DNA of 64,000 nucleotides from Macrostomum lignano (Eukaryota), in NCBI GenBank assembly GCA_002269645.1, contig NIVC01000012.1, forward strand, positions 620,001-684,000, written 5' to 3'. A model generated the notes under the pieces. That model saw only the letters and a program-made list of their open reading frames with translations, searched no databases and was not told the origin of the DNA. The translations under genes and the position numbers were made by a program. The stretch's first letter is position 1, and the number at the start of each line of letters is the position of its first letter. Shown here piece by piece: positions 23,801-33,981 of the stretch.

Positions 23801-26800
23801 TCCAGCGCATTTTCGAGAAAGGCTACAAGCAAAACTGCCAGTGCAAAAAGAAGCGACGAGTCAAAGCTGCAAATGCCGATGTCCCAAGGCGACACTTAAA
23901 CAGGAGTGCTACAAGGATGCCGTTCTGGCTATTTCGAAATCATATAAGCTTGTAAACTGCCAGTGCGTACCGATCGTGAAGAGACGCATGCGAAAGATCA
24001 GCTGCCCGAAGAACTCATACCGCGTAGTGAAGGCAAAGTCACCAAAGTGTACTGAAACACGACTGAGAATTACGTTCAAAAAGACTGCCTGCACTAAATG
24101 CACAAAGAAAGTGGAAAGGAGTGTCGATCACTGGTGCTGTCCAACTTTGCCGCCAAATATGAGAGAGAAGATCGAATGTGACAAGGACAATGCCATCAAG
24201 ATCATCCGGCGTTTCACCTACAAACTGATTGGAAAAACGCATCCAAATAGAGAGTGCAAAATGACTGAAACAAAAGAAACTCAGAACGTATTTTGCGATA
24301 ATCTTAGTCGCGCAGAAAAGGTTGTTAGCTCCTGCAAGAAAAAAGAAGGCTTCACTGATCGAGTTAGAAGAGTTCGCTACTATTCTGTTTCATTCAATGG
24401 CGAAGGGTGCACCTGCGTGTGGTCACGGCACTACAGATGGGACGTCTGCGGCTGCAGGCCAGACCGCACTGTGGAATCAGCCTGCAATCACAAGACTTGC
24501 ATGCAGGACATTCTGCACTACTCGTATCGCATGGTGAAGAACTATCGCGCTAGAAATGTTTGCAAAGAATCTATTAGGCGTACTAAGCGCCGCTGCGGAT
24601 GCTGCAAGAAGGACTACTCTAAAGGTCCGGACTGTGATGGAGTACGCACCTTTTTGACGTACTATTATACATTCAGGTGGAACTACAAAACTAGGACATG
24701 CATCAAGCATCGCCGGGTCGAAAGGAAAAAGGTTGAATGCGGAGAGAGGAATGTGGTCCTGACATCTAAACCCAATCGAGCCACTTGTACGTACACCATT
24801 ACCCGCATCAGAAACTCCATAAAGAAGTGTGAGTGCAAGAAAAAGATTGTGTCAAAGAAGCCATGCTATTTCTGCTGCAGACCTAGAAAGGTTAAAACTG
24901 TACGATGCATAAATCACAACATCATTGAGACTACGGTGGCCAAAGTTGTTCCAGTTGGATGTAAGTGTCGAAAAGGCAAGACAAGAAAGACACTGAAAAC
25001 AGTTAAATGCCGAAAACGGCACGTTGTCAGATGTTACAGTCGCAATTCCCGAACCTGCAAGCAGAAATGCTGTAGATTTGAATGCAAAGTACGAAACTGT
25101 AAGAAAACGAAGCCACTCATCAGGGTTAAGTGCTGGCATCGGGTGTACAAATGCTGCAATTCTGGGCTTGGTAGAATTAAGAAGTGCGACGAAAAGAAGA
25201 GAAGGCACGTGTACACTACCAGCTGGCATGTCTGGCGCCCGTGGAGATGCGACAGGCACACGAAGACCAGAGTGCAGCCAGTGGTTTGCAACCAGCGCCT
25301 GTCTATCAATCGTGGAGCCTGTAACATTAAGGGTCGACGCTCTGGCTACCTTCAGGAGGTGAAGCGCAAGGATATTCACAGAAGAGAAGTGTATGCTGAA
25401 GGCTGTCAATGCAAGGATACAACTAAGGCGAAATACTCTATCTGCGCTTGCAAAGGATACCATGACAAGGAGGTCTGTACAGCAAACACTCTCATAACCT
25501 ATCGCCAGTCCTGGGTGATCAAGCAGCTGAGAAACGGCAACACCTATTGCTCGCCAATTACCACTGTTATTACCAGCAAAGGAACCAAGTGTAAGAAGCC
25601 CTACTATAGAAAGATTGGCACCTGCAAGAAAAATGGCATGCAGACTATTCAGTTGGTTACCGAGTACGCTGATAAGTGCGCCTGCAAGAGTACGGAAACT
25701 CAATTCGAGATGGTTTGCAGTTGTCCCAAGCCTGAGAAAGACAAGCGCTGCGAGTATGAAAGGGGCAGAATGATTACAACTGTGAAAACCTACATCAAGG
25801 TGTGCCCTAGCACGCATTCCTGTCACTGCAAGAGCTCCAAGGAAACCGTTGTCCGTGATATCAAATGCCCAAAGAAGTCGCGAACCTGCCACAAAGGCCT
25901 GGTTGTTACTATCACACACAAGCGGCATGGATGCAAGTGCATTGTAAGCACTGTTTTGTCTAATTGCGTTGTGTATTTGTGTGGCTGTATTTTCTCGATT
26001 TTAAGCATATATATAGTTTAAGTACATTTGAGCTATCCATTGTTGCGTAACAGTGCAAGTAAACGTAGGCACAAAAGCCGTCGTGCACTACAGGTCATTT
26101 TCTAGCTATCCATTTTATCCAGTCAGTACGTACTCGCATGTCATTCTAGCATACGAGTCTACTTGTAAAACCCTTGTAGCATCAAAAATGTTTAGAGTCG
26201 TAAAATAGAGACAAAGACCTACACTGCGATAGAAACAAACTGTCAAACGTTTAGATTAAAATTTGATCATACTCTTACTTTTTTATTTTTTATTTCTCAT
26301 TTATTTTTCTTATTCAACCTACCTTAATTCTAGACTCGTCGCACGGAAAAATCCGTGCCATCTTGCACCGCCTGCACCGACATCGGCGAAAACTGCTCGG
26401 AGCAGAAACGTAGAGGCTATTGCGAGACCAACAAGGAGACGAAGGAAACCTGCAAGGAGACTTGCGGCTTCTGCAACGTTAAGCCGTGCCCGAAACCGAA
26501 AGTCCTGCAGTTTAAACCTCAGCGTGGAATCAGTATTAAGTCGGATCGAAGATTCAAGCGATATTTCTACATCAAAACACTTGAGAATAGGAGAGAGTCG
26601 GCTTGCATCAGAGCTTGCAAAGAGTCTCCTATTTGTAGATCATTCGATTACGACCTGCGTTCAAAAAGCTGCGTTTTAAACAGAGTTCGAATGGACGACA
26701 TCGAGACCAGAGGCTACACATGGGATGTCAGCCAGCAGAAATCTCGATACAGCGTCCACTACAACAGGGTATGCCAGGACGAGTGCGAGTGCAAAGTGAA

Positions 26801-29800
26801 GCCTATGAACAAAGGCAAATGCGTTTGCCGCGGTACCGGTGTTGAGCGCTGGTGTGCCAGAAGATTTGCCATCCTGCAGTACCACGAGACCAACGATGGA
26901 AGATGCGTGCTTGGTGAAGATTCTAGATACGTTGTCGCTGATTGTGACGAAACTTGCGTTGATGTTGGTAAAGACTGCGCCAAGAATAAGCATCTCTGCG
27001 ATCGTGACATTGTGTTTAGCCGCCGATGCGATCGCACCTGCCGCAAGGTTTGCCGCTGCGGTGAGGACAGGAAGCAGCACTTTAAGGGTCTTTGTACGCA
27101 ACGCGCCAACGGACAATGGACCATCTACCAGAGATTTGTCAAGTACCAACGAACGGATTGCGGTTTGTGCGAAATGGCTGTTGAAGAGTCCTACATAGGG
27201 TGCACACCGGGTAAGTTCACTATTTTCAACTTATAGTCAAAATATAAACGGATACTAATCAATAAAATGCTTTTAAAATAAACTTCAGAGCCTTGTGACA
27301 AGACCCCGATCAAGGTTGTTGGTGACTGTATCAAGGGCGTGAAGCTTATTTCGATCTATTCAAGAAGGCGTCACAGGGATGGTAGCTGCCCTGTCACTCT
27401 GGTCAAAGTCATCAAGGAGGATTGCATTAAGTGCTGCAAGGAAATCATGAAGGATGTTGGTCGCTGTCAGAGGTACAAGAGCAGAGGTGGCTACTACAGA
27501 CCAGTCACTCACTCTTGGTACGTCAAGCGAAAAGGAAACTGTGAACTGAAAATGGAAGTCCGCTGGTTCCGCTGCAGCAAGATTGGTAAGTTCCAATACT
27601 CAGTAAAGTGTTAGCCTGTAGATTGAAATTTTCCTTTAAAAATGAACGCTTTGTCCCTGTTTTAAACCGAGTTAATACTGATGAGAAAGCTAAAGTAATT
27701 CGAGTCTCCTGGTCAATTTGTAGCCTGTCCTCGTGACTTCACCACTAACGGCAAGTGCGAATTCGGCCGCCGACTGACCTACAACGTCTTCTACACTGTT
27801 GATAGCGAGCGAAACTGCGTCAGACATGCGAAGGCCTACAAGACCTACTGCAAACAGAAGTCTCGACCCGAGTGCAATGATGCCTACATCGATCTGCTCT
27901 CTCCACGCCAGTGTCTGCAGATTAAGAAGAAGGGCATGTGCGTTAGAAATGAGGGTGCCAGTCTCTGCGCCAGAACATGCAACTTCTGCGTTATCAAGAA
28001 GTTCTGCACAAAGAAGATGGGCCCAGTTGACTTGGTCCTCACTGTCGATGCCTCCGACTCAACCGAGTTAGTTACATTTGAGAACTACGTTGTACCATTC
28101 TTAAGGGCGATTGTCGGAAAGATGGGTCGAACTGTTAAAGTGTCCGTCATTCAGTACGGTTCATCACCAAAGACAGTATTCAGGCTTGGTGACGAGGTGT
28201 ATCCACGCAACATGATGACGAGGATCAATCACATGGACTTAAGCGGTGGTTCCTCATACACTGCTCGGGCCTTGTATGCTGCCTCAGAAGAGTTCAGGCT
28301 GAGAGGCAGACGTGCAGCCCATAAGGTATCCATCCTAGTTACAGACGGTAGAAACAGTGGCAAAATGTTGATTAAGCCGGCAGTGAAGAGACTAAAACGC
28401 TATGCTGATACTTCCATCGTTGTTGGCATAGGACGCCACGTGAGCGAGAACGAAATGCGTCTAATTGCATCCGATTACGCCTCAGACGAAATCAGGATAT
28501 CGAACTTTAGACAGCTAGCTGGAATTGTTGACAAGGTGGTGAGAAAAATCTGTCCTAAGGGAGGCAAGCCAGTCAGGCCCAAGCCCGGACCAAAACCCGG
28601 ACCCAAGCCTGGCCCACGACCAGGACCAAAACCAGGACCGACGCCAGTACCAGGACCCAAACCGGGACCGAAACCAGGACCAAAGCCGGGACCAAAGCCA
28701 GGACCAAAGCCGGGACCAAAGCCGGGACCATCAAATGGCATTGATCTTTACTTCGTTGTTGACTCAAGCAGTTCTGTAACTTCAGATGAGTTCAACTTGA
28801 TCAAGCAATACATTAAGTCATATGTCAACTCTATCGTAGTCTCGCCAGAAGACACTAGAGTCAGTATTATTCAATACTGGGATCAAGTAACAACGACAGT
28901 CGACATCGAAGAATACAGAACCGTGAATGATCTTATCCCTGCGATTGAGAACTTGAAGTATTTCAACGGTCAAAGATCCGTTCTTGGTGATGCGCTAATC
29001 CTCACATCCAAAATGATTGCAAGGAATGAGCGAAACGTACCAAAGGTTGTTATTGTCATCGCTGGAACACCGCCAACAAACGGGGAAGCAATCAAAGACG
29101 CTGCGCCGAAGCTTATCTACTATGCTGATAAGGTTATTGCTATTGGCGTCAAGAACCACATGCCCAAGACTGAATTGCTGCTGATTTCTACTACCGTGGA
29201 GGACACTATCATTATTGAAGAGTACTCGAAACTGCACGACACCATCCCTGTTATCATCGAGAAGACCAAGATCAGCGAGCGAAAGAAGCGACCTGCTCCT
29301 GGTGGAACTGGTCAAGACATCGTGTTCATTGTGGACAGCAGTGACTCAATTGGCCAGACCAATTGGAATGTGTACATCAAGGGCCTGCTTAAAGTAATCA
29401 CTGAATACGTTGTTGTCTCACCATCAGACACTAGGTTCGCACTTATCCAGTTCTCGAAGCCAGCACAGGTTGTATTCGGCTTCAAAGACTACACTGACGG
29501 AGAAAGTCTTCGAAGGGCTATCAATAAGCTGAAGCCATACCATAGGAGCACCTACCCGTCAATCGGAAACGCACTGAAAGTTGCGGTTGACTATGTCAAG
29601 ACGAAGAAGCGTTCCGGTGTGCCAACTTCAGCCATTATTATCACTGCTAGCACTTCCTCACCCAGAGTTGGGAAGCCGATTGAAGAGGTCATCACAGAAG
29701 TCCAAGAGTTGTTCGACTACATTATCCCGGTGGCCATCCGTAACCGAGTGGACTTGCCCGACCTAGAGAAGCTTGCCAAGCCGGATTCGTCGATGATTAT

Positions 29801-32800
29801 CACCACAGAGGAGCTAGATGAATTGATCCCGCTATCTAAGCGAATCATTTCTCTTACGACAGTTCGGCTAAGGCAGAGGCCACTTGTTTGCAGAAAACGA
29901 AGTCGCGGTGACTTTATCTTTGTCATTGGAGCTAGCTCTAAAACTATTAAGCATCGATACTTTGAAGAAATCAAGAGCTTTATTAAAGGTTTCTCATCTG
30001 AATACGAGATCGATGAGGGTGCATCCAGAGGTGGAGTCTTCATTCTGGGATCAAGCTCTCAGAAGGAAATTGGATTGAACATGTTTAGAAGCGACATAGA
30101 CTTTAGGGCAAGCATCAATAGACTATCTGCTCCGAGCTCCAGCACCGTGCACTTCCGATCTGGAATGGAAAAAGTTATGCGCTATGCCAGACGAAGCCGA
30201 ACAAAGAAGAGACCAGCTACAATGATTTACATTTCGGATGGCAGTGAAGTAACGAAGAATGTTTACTCTGTGGCTCCTAAGCTCGCGTCTTCAATCCGAA
30301 AGACAATTGTTGTTGGTCTTAAACCAACAATAAAGAGAAGAGCACTTCTAAGAACAATGGTCACGGATGTTCGTAATGATTTTGTAAATGTACGTAGAAT
30401 CCGAGATCTTAGACGAGTCGCGAAAACAATCTCTGGAATGACTTGCACTAGAACTAAAAAAGCAGCTAAAGTTAAGAAGACAGAGCCAGGTGTTAAGCGC
30501 ATCATTATGAAAGAAAGCAAGCGCTCAGTCACCAAAAACGGCTCTAAAAGGCAAAAGACAAAGACCACCAAACGAAAAACTGTCACAAAGAAGCAGACAA
30601 AGAGACAGAAAAAGACGACAGTGAAAATCGAGGGCCAGGGAGGCAAAAATCGAAAGCGTATTTCCAAGAAGATTATTAACAAGAATCGAAGAAAGATGAA
30701 AAAGAAGATGTCAGTTATCTACGGAACAACAATCATTAGGGGTTCGCCACGCAGATACATCAAGAAAATTAAATTCGGCAAACGATGGTTTAAGACTCGG
30801 GTAATTCGCGTCGTCAAAGGACATGGAAAGAGACGTCGAGCGAGACGATATCTGCAGATCAGATACAGGAAAAAATGGATTCGATTCAATGTCAAGCGAA
30901 AAAGAGTCCAGTTCAGACGCCGATGGTACAAAATCCGAGTTACACGTCGAAGATTTTTTATTAGAATGAGAAGAAGATGGCGTGCGCTCCAAACAGCAAG
31001 AGGAAAGGCATTTGTGACTATCAAGGGTCGAAAGCGCATCCTGACTAACAGGAAGCGACGCCACCGAAGACAAAGGAAGCATCAACGTCATATCAAAATT
31101 AGATACACCACTAAGATCGTAAAGCACAAAAAGATACGAGTTCCGTCAAACGTAAAACTCGGTTTCAAAAAGGTTCCAGTGAAAGTCGTTTCAAGAAACG
31201 GCGCAAAAAAAGGGAAAACGTTTAAAACATTGATTCGCATCGGTCGTCGTTGGGTGAGATTCAGTGCTAGACAAAGGCGAGTAAGAATCGGAAAAGGATG
31301 GTTCCGAGTGACCTACAGAAGAAAAGGACCAGGTGTTGTGCATCGAAGAAAATGGTATAAGATTAGGGTGACAAAGAAAGGTTTCAAGATTCGCGTGGCA
31401 AGAAAATGGCGAGGGCTAATTACTACTCGGCGAAAGCTCTATATTCAATATAGAGGAAAAATCTCCCGAGTTGGAAAGCCACTTGTCGTTCGCTCGCTGA
31501 ATGGAAAATTTAAGAAGAGAAACAATAAAAAGCGAGTTAGCAAGAACCCAAAGCGGCGACATGGTCGATCTAGAAAAAACAAAAGGCGCCACCGGAAAAC
31601 AAATAAGAAGATAAATAGCAAAAAGCCCAAACGCCAGAGAAAAATCACAAAAATCAGTCGCCGAAGCTTTACCAAGGTGAGCGGACGACCTCCGATCCGA
31701 ATCCGTTTCACCATGAGAACGATTAACGGCAAGAAGGTTCGCGTACCCAAAACAGTCAGACTTGGCAGGAAGGTCGTTCGAGTGAAGATCCAACCGCAAA
31801 TCATAGTTAGACGAGGAAAGCGCATCGTCAAAAAAAGAGTCCTTGTTCGCGTTCAAAAGCGCTGGCACCCGTTCAGCGTTCGTCGCAAAAAGATCAAGGT
31901 TGGAAAGACGTGGGTTACCGCATACTACAGGAAAAAAGGCTTCGGACTCAGATACAAGCGTAGATGGGTCAAAACACGCATCACAAGGAGAAAAATCAGA
32001 GTTCGTGTCTACGGAAAGTGGAGACAAGTCATCACTAAGAGACGCAAAATTTACATTCGCGGGCGCAAAAACAAGCGATACTACACTGGAATAAAAATTC
32101 CCAAGCATCTAAGAGGACGCAGACGTAAAAGATTATCAAAAAAGCTTCGCGGAAGCTTTACCAAGGTGAGCGGACGACCTCCGATCCGAATCCGTTTCAC
32201 CATGAGAACGATTAACGGCAAGAAGGTTCGCGTACCCAAAACAGTCAGACTTGGCAGGAAGGTCGTTCGAGTGAAGATCCAACCGCGAATCATAGTTAGA
32301 CGAGGAAAGCGCATCGTCAAAAAAAGAGTCCTTGTTCGCGTTCAAAAGCGCTGGCACCCGTTCAGCGTTCGTCGCAAAAAGATCAAGGTTGGAAAGACGT
32401 GGGTTACCGCATACTACAGGAAAAAAGGCTTCGGACTCAGATACAAGCGTAGATGGGTCAAAACACGCATCACAAGGAGAAAAATCAGAGTTCGTGTCTA
32501 CGGAAAGTGGAGACAAGTCATCACAAAGAGACGCAAAATTTACATTCGCAGGCGCAAAAACAAGCGATACTACACTGGAATAAAAATTCCCAAGCATCTA
32601 AGAAGACGAAGCCGAAAGATCCGCTTCCGCAAAGGAAAAGGCGTCGTAAGACGATCACGAAAGATCCGCTTCCGCAAAGGGAAAAGCGTCGTGAAACGAT
32701 CTCGAAAGATCCGCTTTCGCAAAGGAAAACGCGTCGTGAGACGATCACGAAAGATCCGCTTCCGCAAAGGAAAAGGCGTCATGAAACGATCACACAAGAT

Positions 32801-33719
32801 CCGCTTCCGCAAAGGAAAAGGCGTCGTAAGACGATCACGAAAGATTCGCTTCCGCAAAGGAAAAGGCGTCATGAGACGATCTCGAAAGATCCGCTTCCGC
32901 AAAGGAAAACGCGTCGTGAGACGATCACGAAAGATCCGCTTCCGCAAAGGAAAAGGCGTCATGAGACGATCTCGAAAGATCCGCTTCCGCAAAGGAAAAC
33001 GCGTCGTGAGACGATCACAAAAGATCCGCTTCCGCAAAGGAAAACGCGTCGTGAGACGATCACGAAAGATCCGCTTCCGCAAAGGAAAAGGCGTCATGAG
33101 ACGATCTCGAAAGATCCGCTTTCGCAAAGGAAAACGCGTCGTGAGACGATCACGAAAGATCCGCTTCCGCAAAGGAAAACGCGTCGTGAGACGATCACGA
33201 AAGATCCGCTTCCGCAAAGGAAAAGGCGTCGTGAAACGATCACGAAAGATCCGCTTCCGCAAAGGAAAACGCGTCGTGAGACGATCACGAAAGATCCGTT
33301 TCCGCAAAGGAAAAGGCGTCGTGAAACGATCACGAAAGATCCGCTTTCGCAAAGGAAAAGGCGTAGTGAAAAAGCTTGCTGGCAGACACTCGAAGCACAA
33401 GGCCCGAGCTGCCTTCGTGAAGAGAAAATGGTATCACACGAAAGGAGGAGTTGTCGTTGAGAACGGTCGCAAAATTGTCCTGAATCGACGCGGAAAGATG
33501 CGCCGCAGCAGCAGTAGTCGCAAAATCATGACAAGTTCCCATAGCAGCCAGTCGCACAGAATTAAATTTCACAAGTCAGGAAACGCCTCCTCTGGCTCGT
33601 CCTCCAGCAGCAGCATGACACACGAAAGCCACTCGGTTGTAATGGGCAAGCCGAAAGTGCACGACTCTGGTTGGATAACCACTCATAAAAGCTCGTCTAC
33701 CTCCTCGAGCAAGACGTAA
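5816..33719 (+). CDS. Giant secreted multidomain protein, 28 coding exons, ~7,516 aa after correcting two 1-nt frameshifts: SP-VWD-C8-TIL-2xShKT-(Cys/Lys/Arg module)x~100-ShKT-PAN-ShKT-ShKT-vWA-(PGPK)n-3xvWA-Arg/Lys repeats-Ser/His tail
   Basis: GT-AG exons with compatible phases: 5816-5824, 6545-6761, 6892-7360, 7631-7858, 8318-8649, 8924-9043, 9129-9392, 9940-10548, 10828-11680, 12043-12623, 12765-12899, 12997-13140, 13228-13821, 13922-14074, 14151-14291, 14367-15512, 15606-15893, 15990-16601, 16699-17118, 17215-18000, 18076-18207, 18321-19460, 19553-19705, 19972-20415, 20535-25943 (frame shifts at ~21694 and ~23864), 26334-27210, 27289-27585, 27724-33719. The N-terminus MAG|LKGIFLLTVVTLALLTEYSSA is signal-peptide-like. 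The spliced CDS is 22,551 nt with two bases restored. Confidence 0.88.
5968..6412. repeat. Minisatellite, 47 bp unit (GATCAAGTTGTTGAGTTGCATTGGACTCAAAATGTCTTCAGTTTGTA), ~9 copies, in intron 1 of the giant gene
   Basis: Tandem copies are directly visible. Confidence 0.95.
6892..8649 (+). other. VWD-C8-TIL cassette of the giant protein (exons 3-5)
   Basis: VWD: CYISGDPHYVSFDG...CTYVL...LSGICGNCDG...IGNSY. C8: CMQDMC...RCQSYAAAAEICASKG...DWRSAAGC. TIL: CPSGMRYE...CQKTC...EGCFCKPGLVLDGNLCVKKEDC. These are standard mucin/vWF-family signatures. Confidence 0.92.
8924..9250 (+). other. Two ShKT domains (exons 6 and 7; not in the ORF track)
   Basis: CADLRSPSDCASWKLKGRCSSEPEVMYKYCRLTCNMC and CVDLIATNTCLEKKRAGKCEDSFYKEFCGLTCHWKSC fit the six-Cys ShKT pattern CxD...C...C...CxxTCxxC. 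Confidence 0.85.
9520..9705. repeat. GA-rich low-complexity tract in intron 7 of the giant gene
   Basis: Almost pure A/G run. The antisense Ser/Leu/Pro ORFs are artefacts of it. Confidence 0.85.
26370..27990 (+). other. ShKT - PAN/Apple - ShKT ... ShKT segment of the giant protein
   Basis: ShKT: CTDIGENC...GYC...CKETCGFC. PAN: ESACIRACKESPICRSFDYDLRSKSCVLN. ShKT: CVDVGKDC...CDRTCRKVC. ShKT: CNDAY...C...GMC...CARTCNFC. Confidence 0.8.
28018..30450 (+). other. Four vWA domains, with a (PGPK)n linker (28564-28731) after the first
   Basis: Beta1/MIDAS motifs are VDLVLTVDASDS, IDLYFVVDSSSS, QDIVFIVDSSDS and the degenerate GDFIFVIGASSK. vWA-typical motifs include VSVIQY, VSIIQY and FALIQF, and ILVTDG. 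Confidence 0.9.
31663..32602 (+). repeat. Near-identical coding tandem duplication, period 489 bp (163 aa), in the basic tail
   Basis: GAAGCTTTACCAAGGTGAGCGG occurs at 31663 and 32152. ATAAAAATTCCCAAGCATCTAAGA occurs at 32091 and 32580. Confidence 0.95.
32603..33370 (+). repeat. Coding 45-bp tandem repeat, 17 copies of (R/K)RSRKIRFRKGK(G/R)V(V/M)
   Basis: Copies counted in the 27936..33719 translation. Confidence 0.97.
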
Positions 33720-33975
33720 ATTTAATGTTGGCAAGCTACAGGACTAGCCTAAATGATTGTGGCTAACAAAAAAAACGATAAACTCGAATTCTAATACTTT
33801 TTAAACAGTTTTTTGGGTGTCGGTTGAGAACTTAAGAAGCTTTAACGTATCCAAGTTTTCCTCTGATTCCAATTTCAATTTTATTTTATTATTATTGTTC
33901 CAGTTATTTGTGTTTTGATGACGGGTAATGGGAAGCAGATCGATTTCGGAAAATTTCAAAGTTGGAACAAAGTTA

Positions 33976-33981
33976 AATAAA
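33976..33981 (+). terminator. Candidate polyadenylation signal of the giant gene
   Basis: AATAAA ~255 nt after the stop codon in an AT-rich 3' UTR. Motif match only. Confidence 0.4.

Noticed and set aside
21690-23870. Programmed ribosomal frameshifting as an explanation for the overlapping ORFs
   Set aside because: No canonical slippery heptamer is evident. Both shifts are fixed by adding one base to a short homopolymer, so sequencing error or mutation is simpler.
29904-29912. RGD tripeptide as an integrin ligand
   Set aside because: The Asp is the conserved residue at the start of the vWA4 beta1 strand and is unlikely to sit in an exposed loop.
6587-33572. Numerous long antisense and alternate-frame ORFs over the giant gene (e.g. 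24852..25928, 32453..33460, 32570..33400)
   Set aside because: They are shadows of biased, repetitive coding sequence and have no independent domain signatures.
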